From Carcharhinus amblyrhynchos (taxonomy: Eukaryota): DNA of 64,000 nt. Positions 38,430 to 52,371 of this stretch are shown here, one piece after another; the first letter of the stretch is position 1; every line of letters starts with the position of its first letter. A program made the translations under genes and the position numbers. The stretch is taken from contig OZ336886.1 in assembly GCA_965287045.1 (NCBI GenBank), positions 18,910,001-18,974,000 of the forward strand. The letters run 5' to 3'. Below the pieces are notes generated by a model. It saw only the letters and a list, made by a program, of their open reading frames with translations, had not been told where the DNA came from and did no database searches.

Positions 38430-40630
38430 CAGGTTACCAATGTCAAAAAAGATAAGGACAAGAGTGGCCCTTAGGTGAGGCCAATTACATCCAAATTAGA
38501 CAGGAATTGGGGAATATGAATTGGGAGCATTTCTTTGAGGGCAAATCCACATCTAACATAAGGGAGGCTTTTAAAGGCCAGTTGATTGAAGTGCAGTACA
38601 GGCATATCTCTGCAAAATAAAGGATAGAAATGGCAGGATTTGGGAGCCACGGATAATAAGGGAAATTGGAAGCTTAGTCAAATGGATAAAGGAAGCAACT
38701 GATAAGCCTAGGCATCTAAAAGCTGGTGAAGCCCTTGAGGAATATACTGAAAATAGGAAGGAACTTAAATGTGGAATTAGCCACTTATATGGCTAAAAGT
38801 GACCATGAAACATGGTCAAGGAGAATCCCCAGTCTTTTTTATGCATATATTAGGAGCAAGAGGGTAGCAAGAGAAAGAGCAGGCCCACTCAAGGACAATG
38901 GAGAGAAGTTCTGCATGGAACCACAGGAAGTGGGTGAGATCCTTAATGACACTTTGTATTGGTACTTACCAAGGAGAAGGACATGACGGACGTTGAAGTC
39001 AGAAATAGGAGTGTAAATGCTTTAGTTATGTCAATACATCAAGGGAGAAAGTGTTCCATATCCTAAATTGTATTAAGGTAGACAAATCCCTAGGGCCGGA
39101 TGGGATCTATCCTAGGTTACTGTAGGAGCAAGGGGAGAAATAGCTGTGGCCTTAACAAATATCTTCACGTGCCCTTTGACCACAGGCAAGGTTCCAGAGG
39201 ACTGGAGAATAGGTGATGTTGTTCCCTTTTTTAAGGAAGGAAACAGGGATAATGCAGGAAATTAGAAGCTGATAAGGAAACTTTCGGAGAAGATATTGAG
39301 GGACAGGATACATGCACATTTGGAAGAAAATGAACTAGTTAGTGACAGGCAGCATGATTTTGTAAGGGGAAGATCATGCCTCACCAACTTGATTGAGTTT
39401 TCTGAAGAGGTGACAAAGATAATTGATGACGGAAGGGCTGTAGATGTAGTGTATATGGACTTTAGTTAAGAGTTTGACAAGGTCCCACATGGCAGACTGG
39501 TACAAAAACTGAAATCATATGGGATTCGGGGTGAGCTAGCTAGATGGATACAGAACTGGCTTGGTTATAGAAGAAAAAGAGCGGATGGGTATTTTTCAGA
39601 CTGGAGATCTGTAGCTAGTGGTGTTTGCAGGGATCAATGCTGAGACTTGTGTTGTTTGCAGTATATGTAAATGACCTGGAGGAAAATGTGAATCATCCAT
39701 CTGATTATTAAGTTCGCAGATGACATGAAGATTGGTGGAGTTGCTGACAGTGCTGGGGATTGTCAGAGGATACAACAAGATATTGGTAGGTTGAAGACTT
39801 AGCACAGAAATGGCAGATGGAGTTTAATCTGGACAAATGCGAGATGTTGCATTTTGGAGGATTACATTTTGGTGTGAATTATACTGTAAATAGCAGAACC
39901 CTTAGGAACATTAACATACAGAGGGATCTGAGTGTTAGACCAGGTGGCCAAGGTGATTAAGGAGGAATATGGCATGTTTACCTTCATCAGCCTGGGCATT
40001 GAGTACAAGAGTTGGGAAATCATGTTGCAGTTATGTAAAACCTTGTTCAAGCTGCATTTGGAGTATTGCGTGCAGTTCTGGTCACCATACTTTCAGAAAG
40101 ACGTGGAAGGTTTGGAGAGAGTGCAAAGAAGGTTCACCAGGATGTTGCCTGGTCTCAAAGGTGTTGGCTATGTGGAGAGGTTGAATAAACTAGGATTGTT
40201 TTCACTGGAAAGAAGGAGGCTGAGGGGAAACTTGAGAGAGGTTTACAAAATTATGAGCAGCATAGAGAGGGTGGATAGTCAGAGGCTTTTACCAAGAGTG
40301 AAATTACAAAGGGGCACAGCTTCAAGGTGAAACGGGGAAATTTTAAGGGAAATGTGCGGATGGAGTTTTTCACATAGAAAACTGTTTCCACCACATCCTC
40401 TGGCAGCATCTTCTAGGTGGGCGTCTGGAACATGCTGCCAGAGGTGGTGGTAGAGGCAGGCACATCAGCAATATTTAAAAGGCATCTGGATGGGTACATG
40501 AATAGGGAGGGAATAGAGGGATACAGACCGAATAAGGGCAGAAGCTTTTTATAGGGCATCATGATCAGCACAGGATTGAAGGGCTGAACGGCCTGTTTGT
40601 GTACTGTACTTTTCTTTGTTCTCTATTCTA
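38430..40630 (+). mobile_element. HER1/CR1 LINE, ~2.2-kb ORF2 (RT) fragment, pseudogenised
   Basis: FYAYIRSKRVARERAGPLKD, DKSLGPDGIYPRLL, GRSCLTNLIEF, VYMDF..FDKVPHGRL, KFADDMKIGG, LEYCVQFWSP; multiple stops and frameshifts. Confidence 0.95.
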
Positions 40631-41859
40631 GGATGACAAGATGGGAAGATTTAAACTGAATTTCTCAAATTGATATCATATCATAGCTTGAGAAATCATA
40701 CACCAATAAAAAGCAGCCACCATTTTAAGCAAAACAAGAGTATTCAAATAGCACTAAGATATATGATCATTTTTTTCTTGGGCAAGGAACGTTTTCCTTT
40801 CAGGATTCCAGCTCATGGTAATACTGGACTAGTCAGATCCCAGAGCGAAACCTGCTTATTAATCCTAACCTTGGTTTTTTTTGTAGAAACCGTGAAGATT
40901 AGTTACTGAACATATTCACAAGAGTCTGCCCATGTACTTTTAACCCAAAAAAAAACAAAAAATTGAGCAACAAAAATGAACTTTATTACATGAGACAAAA
41001 ACGATTGGAAAGTTTTTGATATAAACGCTCTGAAATTATTCAAATTTCATACTTTTTTTTAATACCCTTACAGACATAAAATCTCAGTAAAGATTTACCA
41101 CTTTTGCAACATTAAGAGTTGGGCTAGTTCAATTTCAAATTGTTTTCTTCTGGTAGATTTTTGAGCAATCACTAGATGCTTTTCCTCAGCTGGTACCTCC
41201 TTAAGACACCCAACAACTACACTCTAAACACAGTATTACTCCATCTTCACATCAAACATGAGTTCCCAAAATTCAGAACCCCAACAGTTTAGCAGGATTT
41301 CTTACTTGACAGTCTAGGCCAATGCCTTCACCCCAGGTATACACACACTGACTGAGCTGCCCTTCTGTCTTTCCCCGTGCCTCTGTGTTTTTGGACCCTG
41401 GCAGTAGGCAACAGCACAGCTTTTTCTACTTTTTTTTATTTCACTGAATTCCTGACCTCTTTGTAACCCATCTGCATGCATACAAACAGGGCCTCCAGAC
41501 TTCCCAGCACCCATCTCACAAAAAAAAACAAAATGAAACTAGAACCATGTTTCCTTTTTTTTACTCATACAAATGCAAATATAATTTAAGTTTAAAGTTA
41601 TACAATAGTTAAATTTTCCTGTCCCATTGGGGTGGGTCCTGCAGTAGATTTAGCGGCCCAGCCTAAAGTCCATTGATTTGCAGCAGTGCTGGATGATTTT
41701 TGACAGCAGGCAGGACTTGAAAATCCAACCACTGTTCCTAACAAATCAGAGAATTTCCAGCTAAGAGCATAGGAGCAGGAGCAGGAGTAGGCTACTCAAC
41801 CTGTCGAACCTACTTTGTCATTCCTCAGTTGGTATCTCTCCCTGGCTGGTCCTCCACCT

Positions 41860-42012
41860 CAACACCACTTTCCTACACTCCTCTTTGTACAGTGCCATGA
41901 CATTTTTAAACATGAATGGGAAACCCAGAAAAGACAGGCATGGTCTTGTGTTGTGCCTCCTCTGAAAAATAGCACTGCTGACAATGCAGCAATCCCTCAG
42001 TACTGTGTCAAG
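41860..42012 (-). mobile_element. Ancient Deu-domain SINE relic (SacSINE1/AmnSINE1-like)
   Basis: Minus strand CAGTACTGAGGGATTGCTGCATTGTCAG..TTTCAGAGGAG..AAAAATGTCATGGCACTG..AAAGAGGAG resembles the recalled DeuSINE core. Confidence 0.5.
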
Positions 42013-42869
42013 GTTGAATTTTTTCACAGTCATACCTGATAAGTCATTGTAACCTTACTGGACGTACGGTAGAATTCCTTTTATACACATAAAGGGAGCT
42101 CCCATGGCTCTTCTGGCAAACTTACAGCCACTCAGATGCTCTGTCAGAGACTTGATGGGCTGAAAGCCTGCTTCAGAACTGTAGGGATTCTATGATTCAG
42201 AGGAAATTGCTGTTCCGAGGTTATTTGCATGCACACTGCATAATGAAAAGCAGGAGGCAGAATTGGAAAGACTCACTAGTCAGCTCCTTGACAGTTTTTC
42301 CCGCTGCACCGCTGAATTGAGAGAAAACAATCTCTAACAGTTATTTACATAAATTTGATTGGATTATAAGGCGCTGGAAATCAGATTCTGGTTAGCTTGA
42401 CCTCAGAGCTCAGTGTGACTCGGACTATTAGATTGTGCCTCCAGTTAACAAGAAGTGAAACATATTTACCTACAAATTATAATATCCCAAGCGATACCTA
42501 TTTGATTTTTGCATCCCAGCTTATCACAGTTTGTTTAATGCTAAATTTTAAGCATTATCAAATTTAAAATGAAACCCTGTTGTTTGCAATGGCGAAGTGA
42601 GTAAGATTTAAAATGGTCTCAATTCCAGCAACACAATGCAAAAATGCTTGTATTATACACAAAAGCCTTTGGGATAGAAATTCAGCTTGGGTGGTAATGT
42701 GAAACAATTGGTATCACATTGACCATCTGCTATCCAGTCTCCCCCATACTCAGTTCAACTGACATTAATCAAACCTTATTCTGGGTGGGGTATACTACAG
42801 TCAATAAGGCCAAATTGACACTGCCTTTTTAATATCACCTCGCCATGTGAATTTCTACCCTTTTTCTTT

Positions 42870-43650
42870 CCATAGCCTTCTTGAGCTGCTGCCATCCACC
42901 TGGTGTAGATATACTCTTGGTCGTGTGAGGAAGGGAGTTCCAGATTTTTAACCCAGTAACACTGAAAGAACTGCAATATAATTTCAAGATGTGGATATGC
43001 CGGTGTTGGACTGGGGTAAACACAGCAAAAAGTCTGACAACACCCGGTTTAAGTCCAACCGATTTATTTGATAGTAAACTCACTAGCTTTCGAGGTTTCA
43101 CCCTTCGTCAGGTGAACTCTCCATTCACCTGACGAAGAGGGAAACCTCGAAAGCTAGTGAGTTTACTATCAAATAAATCAGTTGGACTTAAACCAGGTGT
43201 TGTCAGACTTTTTATTATATAATTTCAAATCAGGATGATGTGTCACTTGGTGGGGAACTTGCAGGTGGTGGTGGTGTTGCCATGCATTTGCTGCTCTTCA
43301 AGTTGGCAAAGGCCACTGGTTTGGTAGGTCCTGTTAAAGGAGGCTTGGTGAGTGACTGCAGTGCATCGTTAGTTAGTACACACTACTGCCACTATGTTCC
43401 AGTAGAGGAGGCATTAAATGATTAAGGGTGATGGATGAGGGGCAAATTAATTGATCTGCAGTGTTCAAGTTTCTTGAGTGTTTGGTAGAGCTGTACTCAT
43501 CCAAGCAAGTGGGGAACATTCCATTACACTTCTGACTTGTGCCTTTTAGGACAGATATTGGAGAGTCTCTGTCCTGCTCTTGTAACCGTAGTATTTACAC
43601 GGCTAGTCCAGTTCCATTTCTGGTCAATGGTAACCTCCCAGAATGTTGGC
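42870..43650 (-). mobile_element. Old CR1/L2-group LINE 3' end, host of the hammerhead palindrome and likely partner of SINE type C
   Basis: KIWNSLP..QQLKKA segment. Same family at 63595-63915 (-); tail fragment at 51638-51730 (+). Confidence 0.75.
42988..43216. mobile_element. Non-autonomous Penelope-like palindromic element with two opposed minimal hammerhead ribozyme cores
   Basis: 90-bp arms 43027-43116 / 43124-43213. CTGACGA-A-GAGG-GAAA-CCTC-GAAA-GCT-A-GTGA at 43129-43160. 12-bp TSD ATATAATTTCAA at 42976-42987 and 43217-43228. Confidence 0.85.
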
Positions 43651-44279
43651 AGATAATCATTTTCCCCAGGACAGAGCAATAGGGAGGACCACTAATTTTC
43701 AGATACATTATAATGAGACTGACAACTGGAGACAAAGCTAATGTGGAACAATTCATACATTAATTCTGCTTCTCTCTCCAACAGATTCCTAGGACTGTTA
43801 GTTAACACCTGAGGGGCCAGTGTATGGGGAGGGCTCAAAAGAGCACAAACCAATTGTTCTCTCAGGCATACAACGTTCATCCTCCCACCACGGCCTTCCT
43901 TCCCTTTCTCTAGCCTGACAGCAGCCAGGCCAAACTAAGATAGAGTGGTCTGAAACTGGAAATAGGGTTCTCCATACACAGAGCTGCTTGAGGGTAGTCT
44001 CTCCAAGCCTATCGGCAGTCTCCTCTGCTGAATATTATCAGCGTCCTACCATCAATGGTGCAGCTACTGGGGTATTGCTGCACTGAAACACCAGGGGTAC
44101 TCGTAAGTTGGCATGAAGGGAATGCACAAGGATAAATAATCGGCTTTTAGTTATGATATGAAATAATATGATCCATAAATTTGATTTGGAATATTTGTTT
44201 TGTGCTGGCTTTCGTTTTTACACTCTGGTCAAGCATTCACTGATGGTCAGTGACAGAGGCAGGGTAAGGCATGGAACAG

Positions 44280-45250
44280 TTGGTAAATGTTGAATCAGGG
44301 TTGTTGTTAGCGATATTGCACTTGGATAAGTTTTCATTGGAAACTTGGAGAACAAAGGGCTGCCTAGATGACCTGCTTCTCCTCCTGCTCGTCATCCAGT
44401 TAGTGGTCATGGTTGTCCTTTCAGGAAAGTGAGGTTGTGCAGTCTGACTTGCGAAAGTGAGGTCTGACTTGTGGCAGACCAGAACAAGTCTTGACATGGG
44501 CTCTGCTGAGTGTCATGGGGCAGCTCCAAGGCAGCCCAGCAGCAGACGTTATTTCATTATGCAATGGTCTCCTCAATCACATCTTGTGTGGCAGCACTGT
44601 CTTCATGAGTGCATGTATGCATGTGATGTTGCCAGAGCTAGCAACCTTACAGTCAGCAGGTAGCTTTTGTCAATTTTGATTTGCTATGGTGTCTCAGATA
44701 CTTGTGTGGTGGACTGCCACGAGTGAAGGCCTACCTGACTGTTGACAGGATACTCGGCACTAGCCTGTGAGCTTCTCTGCCTGTGGTTGCACACCAACTG
44801 CACATTCAGGTAGTGGAAACCCTTTTGGTTCCAGTGTAAAGCAGAGTTGACTGCGGCAACTCCTAAGTGATGTGCATGCAGTCAATGTCACCCTAAGCCA
44901 TGCGCAGCCAGCAATCCGAGTGAAACTGCTGACAAACTCCACCTGCCTCTGTCTGCCAAAAGGAATTATAATGTAAGTAGCTCTCAATGAACAGAGAGAA
45001 TCAGTGTCAGTTATACAATAGCGGAATGTTGAAAATATCTCCATCCCTGCATGGAGAGAGCCAAATGCAAAAAGCTTGAGCGCCACAGTAACCTTCACAG
45101 CCAGTGGCAATGTGGCCCTCATCCTGCTCTGAAGTTGTGGTTGTGGCTGTGGCTGCCACAGGATGGTGGATTTCAGTGAGAATGTCCCTTGCTGAGGTGC
45201 AGATGTCAGACATGCTGTTCCTTGTTGAAGTGCGAATGGGACAACTGCTC
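44280..45250 (-). mobile_element. Harbinger (PIF/HARBI1-like) transposase pseudogene
   Basis: TLPLAVKVTVALKLFAFGS, FTRIAG and, after a frameshift, NQKGFHYLNVQLVCNH are recognisable HARBI1/DDE_Tnp_4 motifs. Confidence 0.8.
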
Positions 45251-46702
45251 TGTGAACATCAATATTGAGCGTCCATCTCGCTATGCTCTTCTTTGCAGTA
45301 GCTTGTCATGTTCTGTGTCACCTCTGCTTATTCCCCAAAACATTCTGTATTCGGTTTCACAATGGCAGCACTGGTGTTATATGTTAACATACTTTGGGCA
45401 AGCATTGATTGTGCGTGCGCTAATGCTGACACCAACATGGCGTCAAGTGCAACACCCATCAGATATATGCATGCGCACCTTGGTTGTCATTTTGCACTAC
45501 AAGTGCCATCCCAACACCAAAAAAAGGCAACACTGATCCAAAGTTCTGACTGATCGAGTGTTCTGTATGTTTCAATCCCTGTTTGCACTAAGAACCTGTG
45601 TTCGTTTACCCGAGTGACTGCACCAATATATGTGATCATAAATATTTATACAGAATTCAAATTAAGGCTTAACTCTAATTTATCAGAAATGGTCGTGTCA
45701 ATTAATAATTTCAGTATATTCTAGCTTTTCTTTCCTCCAACTGTATAAAGTAGTAGACGATCAAACTGTCAGGATATTTATGTTGCATCTACATCAATTT
45801 GTGTCAATGGTTACTTTTTCCAAATAAAGTAATTCAATTAGATAACAGTTCATAAAGTTAATTCAAGCAGAATAATTGCATTTTTGTGTGCTAGACCAAT
45901 GAAATAGGCAGCGTAACCTAAGTGAGGCAATTTTTAAGTAATGCACAAAATGGGCATTAGGTCAGTGGAATGGTTTTGCTACACACCTATTGCCGTCAGT
46001 GTGAAGACCTCCCCATGTAGAAGCGGGCCCTTCTGATATGGGGAAACAGCCTGCGGGAGGGCAGGAAGTGGCCCAAAATTGGGTAGGTCAATTGGCCACC
46101 AAGTGGGCGGCCGCCCTCACAGGTTCACTGTTGCTGATGCTTTGCCATTGCAGCACAATAACATGACCTCCCGTCCCGCTGCCTTCCCTGCCATGTTACC
46201 ACCCCTCTCACCTTCCAGCCTGTCACCAATTGGCTGGGGAAAATTAAGACCAGGCAGTCCTCGGTGAGGGGGGGGGGCGGTTCTCAGCTTTCTGAGGCTG
46301 TGAGGAAGAGCACACCTGCTTCTTCTGGGCCCAACAATGGAAAAAATAGAAGTCTCTGGTCTGTATTTTGAGCATCCACGGTGGCCCCATTAAGGTCTGC
46401 TCAATGCATACATGATGAGCCAGTTTATACCTGCAAAATGTAATCATGCTCCTGCAGATGATCCACTTTTTCATATTTAAGCAGCTTTCCATCTGTGTCA
46501 TACAAGGCTAGACTGCTAATCAGGCTTAAGTACTCTTCCAATTTTCAAATGCTGCCTGCTCATTTTTCAGACAAAAAATGGATGGCCAGCAGTTTGAAAT
46601 TATTTTCCCAACATCTCTTTACAGTGAGATCATGATCCCTTTTAGATCTGTGGCCTTTGGTTTCTTTTTCCCGAACACTAGTCTCACAGGCAGTCTGACA
46701 TT

Positions 46703-46900
46703 ACCAAAGATGTGCAGGTTAGGTGGATTGGCAATGCTGGGTTGCTCCTTAGTGTCACAACATGTGTAGGGTAGGGGGATTAGTGGGGTAAATGCATGGG
46801 GTTACGGGGATAGGGCCTGAGTGAGATGGTGTTTTGAAGATTTGGTGCAGACTCGACGGCTGGTTGGCCTGCTTCTGCACTGTAGCGATTCTATGATTAC
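46703..46900 (+). mobile_element. HE1 SINE 3' half
   Basis: CCAAAGATGTGCAGGTTAGGTGGATTGGC..CTGCACTGTAGCGATTCTATG. Confidence 0.85.
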
Positions 46901-46994
46901 ACACCAGTTTCACACACACCACCAATTAAGTTAGGGCATTTTGGTTAGTTATATTGGCTAAGTGCTAAATTACATGCAAACATACATAATGGAC

Positions 46995-47900
46995 AAGGTG
47001 CAGGAGCAGGCCACTTGACCTCTTGAAGATCATGGTTGATCTGATAGTAACCTCAAATCGGTATCCCACCTAACCCCAATAACCTGTCAGGACCTTGCTC
47101 ACAAAGAATCTATCAAACTCTACTTTAAAAATATTCAAACTCTACTTTAAAACTATTCAAAGATTCTGCTTTCTCTGCCTTTTCAGGAAAAGAATTCCAA
47201 AGACTCACGACCATCTAAGAAGCCATTTCACCTCATCTCTGTTTTAAACACCTTATTTTTAAACATTAAGCCCTTGTTTGAGATTCTCCTCCAAGGGGAG
47301 TCATTATCAAACTTATACAGCACAGAAATAGACCCTTCGGCCCACCATGTCTACACTGACCATCAAATACCAATCTATACTAATCCCATTTAACAGCACT
47401 TGGTCCATAGCCTACTATGCCTTGGTGATCCAGTGCTCGGCCAGATGCTTCTTAAATGTTGCAAGAGTACCTGTCTCCACCATCATCTCAGGCAGCACGT
47501 TTCATATTTCCATCACCCTCTGGGTGAAAAACCTTTTCCTCAGATCCCTCCTCTGAAATCACCTTAAACTGACACCCTCTGGCTTTAGACACCTCCGCCA
47601 TGGGGAAAAGATTCTTATGATCTACTGTAACTACCCCTCTCATAATTTTGCATGCCTCTATCAGCCTCTTCAGCTCCAGGGCAAACAAACCCAGCTTATC
47701 GAGTATCTCCTCATGGCTGAGACCTTCCATTTCAGGCAACGTCCTGGTGAATCTCCTCTGCACCCTTTCCAGTGCAATCACATCCTTCTGATAATGTGGC
47801 AACCAGAACTACACACGATATTCCATCTGTAGCCTAACCAATGTTTTATAAAGTTGTTCCAAATCTCCCTGCTCCTTTATTCTATGGCCCGGCAAATGAA
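46995..47900 (-). mobile_element. Two CR1 LINE 3' fragments
   Basis: PHYQKDVIALERVQRRFTRTLPEMEGLSHEEILDKLGLF. Confidence 0.85.
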
Positions 47901-47904
47901 GACG

Positions 47905-49020
47905 TTGTGCACACGGATACAGAACTTCTGGTTTTGTCCTTTTATACTCTCCTGTTGGATTTATGCTCTCTATTCTCTCCTGTCAGTTTGTTTTTCATTT
48001 CCCGTGATAGCATTTTTCTCTTTTGCCTTGTGTCTACTCTTTAATTTTGATCTTCTGAAATTTGATCCCTTGCCCCCACTTTTTGATTTAAAAACCTCTT
48101 TACTTCCCTAGTTTTGCAGCTGGCAAGAACACCAGTCCCAGCACGGTTCAAATGTAGACTATGCCAAAGGTACATATCCCACTTTCCCCACTACTGCTGC
48201 CAGTGGCCCACAAACTGGAATCCAGTTCTCCCACGCCAAACTTTCAGCCACGCATTTGTCTCTCTGATCTGATTTTTCCTATGCCAATTTGCATGTGGCT
48301 CAGGTACTAGCCCATCGATTATGATCTTTGAGGTTCTGCTTTTTAATTTGTGCCAAGCTCCTCATACTGATTATGCACCTTCTTTGCCCTGCCTATGTCA
48401 TTGATACCTACATGGACCATGACAACTCGGTCCTTGCCCTTCTCTCCAGTCCCATGCAGGTGTCCTGAACCTTGGCACCAGGCAGGCCACACAGCCATCT
48501 GGTCTCATGCTCTTCACTGCAGAGAATGGTGTCAATCCCTATGACCATACTGTCCACTATTACCACTACATTACTTGTTATGCCCATTCTCCTCCCGGCT
48601 TCATTAGCTTCCTCTACCAAGGTGCCAGTTAGTTCATCTATCCTACAGCGCCCATTCTCATCCAAACAAGCTGACAGAACCTTAAACCTGTTGGACAATT
48701 GCAAGGGCCGAGGCTCCTGCACCTTGTCCTCTAGGCCCCCTTACCTTCCTCACTTGCAGTCACACCCTCGTGTCCCTGACGAATGACCAAATCAGAAGAC
48801 CCTATCCTAAAGTGTGTGACCGCCTCCAGGAATAAAGTATCCAGGTAACTTTCCCTCTCCCTGAAGTGCCACAGTGTCTGCAGCTCAGCCTCTAGCTCAA
48901 GAACTTGATGCTGAGTTCATGCAAATACCTACTGCAGATGTGTCTGCCCAAGATGTAGGAGTATCCACAAACTCCTACATCTTGCAGTCACAGCGCATCA
49001 CCTGCCCTGCCATCTCCAAT
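47905..49020 (-). mobile_element. CR1 ORF1 fragment (SGNH esterase region)
   Basis: LQLSNRFKVL, VVVIVDSMV (GDS-like), CGLPGAKVQD are typical CR1 ORF1 motifs. Confidence 0.85.
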
Positions 49021-49312
49021 ATGTGTTAATTAATTAATAATTCTGAATGAATTAATAATTGTGAATGAATTAATTCATAATTAATAAAGCCTATACCTCC
49101 CAACAGGATTTTTACTGCTAGTAAACCTAATCACTTACATGATTTTCACATGCTGTGTCTTTCATTACCATAAGAATCTGATTGCACAGCAGAATCACAT
49201 ACACACACACATCTATCATTTATAGTTGAGTGCTAAGGCCAACAACAGATTCACTCTTTTAAACAATATTAATTTCATTTTTATTATGGGAGTTATGGTA
49301 TGTTTACTTGTA

Positions 49313-49650
49313 GGGGAGGTGATGGCCTAGTGTTAATATCGTTAGACTATTAATCCAAAAACTCAGCTGTTGCTCAATCCAGGTTCGAAACCTGCCACGG
49401 CAGTGGGTGAAATTTGAATCCAATAACAATATCTGGAATTAACAATCGACTGATGACCATGAAACTATTGTCGACGCTCACTAATGTCCTTTAAGAAAGG
49501 AAATCTGCCATCCTTATCTGGTCTGGCTGACATACAACTCCAGAGCCACAGCAATGTGGTTGACTCTCAATTGCCCGCCAAGGCCAACTAGGGTGGACAA
49601 TAAATGCTGGCCAGCCAGCAACACTTATTTCCCATGAATGAGAAAGAAAA
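49313..49650 (+). mobile_element. SINE type C
   Basis: GGGGAGGTGATGGCCTAGTG head, GGTTCGAAACC B box, family tail. Confidence 0.85.
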
Positions 49651-51324
49651 TCCCAGGGACTGTATTCTGGAATTCTGTCCAATTTTCAATTTTATTAAAT
49701 TCTCCAGACAAATGTTTTTTCTGGCAAGATAAAGAGAAGGGATGACTCCATGTTAATAAATAACCATGATAGCTTAACAATTGCATCAATGATGATTTTT
49801 AATAGCTTATTTTGAAATGCTAAGTGAATTATGCATTGTAATAATCCAGAAGAAAACAAAAAGGAATAACAAAGTGACAGGTTAAGGATCGAATGTTATA
49901 TTTTGTACAAGACCTTTCAGTTTTTTCATTTGGCTGAACTATAAGGCAGGAAACACTGAAAAATTTCAAACATAAAGGTCAACATCTTTCAATTTTAGTT
50001 TCTTGTATCTTTCTTTCAATCATACTACTGAATTCTCAAGGACTGAAGGACATCAATCATCACAGAAGGACTAGTTTTCATTTATTCTTAGATAGTGGGA
50101 ATAAAATTCAGTTCCATGAAGGAGGCATTGCCTCCTACTTTTCACGCACTGAAGCACTTCTCAATCTCAGCCAAAGCATGCAGCTGGATTTTATGGCCCT
50201 CTGTTCATGTGTTTGAAGGGTGGGGGCAGGGGCTCATAAAATGAAAATGTGGTCTTCTCGCTACCTTATCACTTACCCCTGCCCACTCTCCCATTTTAAG
50301 GGGGGCAGTAGATGCAATGAGCCATGAAAATTATTCATTTGGCCTGTCATTTTACTCGTGGCAGGGTAATGCCATGGATAATGATGGAGTTGGGCAAGAA
50401 GCAGGGGAATGCTTTGGGGATTTCACAATGCCCATGGGGGTGCATCCCCAACAAGGTCATAACCCCCCTTTAGCCCTGACCCCTGACCTCTCAAACTTGG
50501 GCCCCACCTCCTTCACCCACCTCACTGAGGCCTACCAATCATGCCTCACTGATATCCTTGATGTAACTACAGCCCGGCTTCCGTTATCTCTTTTTTGGGT
50601 ATTTGTAGTCTCTGATTGGCTGACAACTGTCTAAAGTGGGGCTTCCTCTTCAGATAGGGGTGGACGTCTCACCCTGAGGCAATTAATGTAAAATTATTTC
50701 ATGGCAGCTAGCTTAATTGTAGGTAGCCGTACAAACAATTTTTCGGTTGGAGAGGTGTTGAGGAACATGGCACCTTGTGGAATTAATCCATCGCTTGACT
50801 CAGGAGCCATGTTAGGTCCAAAGCTAGGAAAATCTCATTGCACAAGGTCCTATATTCTCCAGCATGCAGAAAACTCAAGCATCTAAGGAATGCTTGCTAA
50901 ATTAGTGGCAGGCTTTTAAGGCAACATTTACAGCCATAGAGGAACAGAAAGCAAACCTACTGGGACACGTTCACAGGCTTTGACTCCACCAAATAAAACC
51001 ATGACAGAACAGGCCTTAAGACAGTCCAACTTCATGTTTAAATTAAAGTGATCAAGAACATGACAGATATAGGAAAGGATTTTTTGTTTATAACTTAATA
51101 GCATTAGGATGGTTAATGAAACAGTCTCTGCAGCTTCAGTTAAAATCCCACTTTCTCCACATTCTGATGGTCAAGATGCCACATCAAGCTTGGTGTGGAA
51201 AAGTTAAAATACGATCCCATCCCCTCTCCCCCGCACCCCTTTCCCACCATACAACATTCCCGCAAGTACCGCCCCCGGCATTGCCCTCATGTCGACATGA
51301 ATAAATAACGTAACAGAACAGAAC

Positions 51325-51580
51325 TACAATCCCACCCAGGTCCTATTCCAGGAATCCCACACATTTATCCTGCTAATCCCCCTGGGGTCAATTTAGCATG
51401 GCCAATCAACCTAACCTGCGCATCTTTAGAGTGTGTGAGGAAACTGGAGCACCCAGAGAAATCCCACGCAGACACAGAGAGAATGTGCAGACCCCACGCA
51501 GTGACCCGAGGCCAAAATTGAACCTGGGCCCGTGGCACTGTGAGGCCACAGTACTAACCACTGTGCCACCATGTCGCCCA
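51325..51580 (-). mobile_element. HE1 SINE
   Basis: Head and V-domain; tail partly truncated. Confidence 0.88.
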
Positions 51581-52371
51581 GCGCACCATGACAATACTGT
51601 GAAGAAATATTTCAAGATATTGTACAATACGACGGTCACCTCCCCACCACCTTCTCAAAGACAACTAGGGATGGGCAATAAATGCTGGCCAGCCAGCGAT
51701 GCCTATGTCCCATGAATGAATAGAAAAAAATATATTTTCTAACATCATAATTAATGATCTCATTGGCTTTTGGGAAGGACATGCATTATTGGAAAATGAT
51801 TGAATCAAAGGTAAATAGTTAGCATGACGTTTTGAATAATAATTTGGTCTATTTGGCCATTCTAGTTGAATTATGTGAGGATGGGCCATTGGTGTATTCC
51901 CAGTTAGATACTGGGGTGCGGTCTCCCTGTTTTGTCAAACTTTGAGCCAAGTCTCACAAGAGCACTCCCGGCTGGGTTAGTATGAATTTTCCACATCCTA
52001 CACATGCCACTCATGATTAGCTTCTAATCAACTTCTAATCAGTGTAAAGTTCTGAAAATAGAAATTATAGATTTTTTTCTGTTACATATAGACTCTAAGA
52101 TTAATTTCTTTGCATTTCTGTAAGCAATAGCAAGGTATTATCCAATAGCAAATATCCCCCTGCAAGACCAGAACTGGACTGAAAATGCGCAATAAATCCA
52201 TTTTACTTTGACTTATTGTGGCTAATAGAGCTGCAAGTTCATAATGGGGAGTCTCAAATATGGTTCTGAAAGTGAAAAATAGTTATTTAACACATTGTTC
52301 CAACCAATCCACTAAAGAGTCAGATTAATTCTGCTATGAACTCTGCAATGCTTGGTTATGCCATTAATTAC

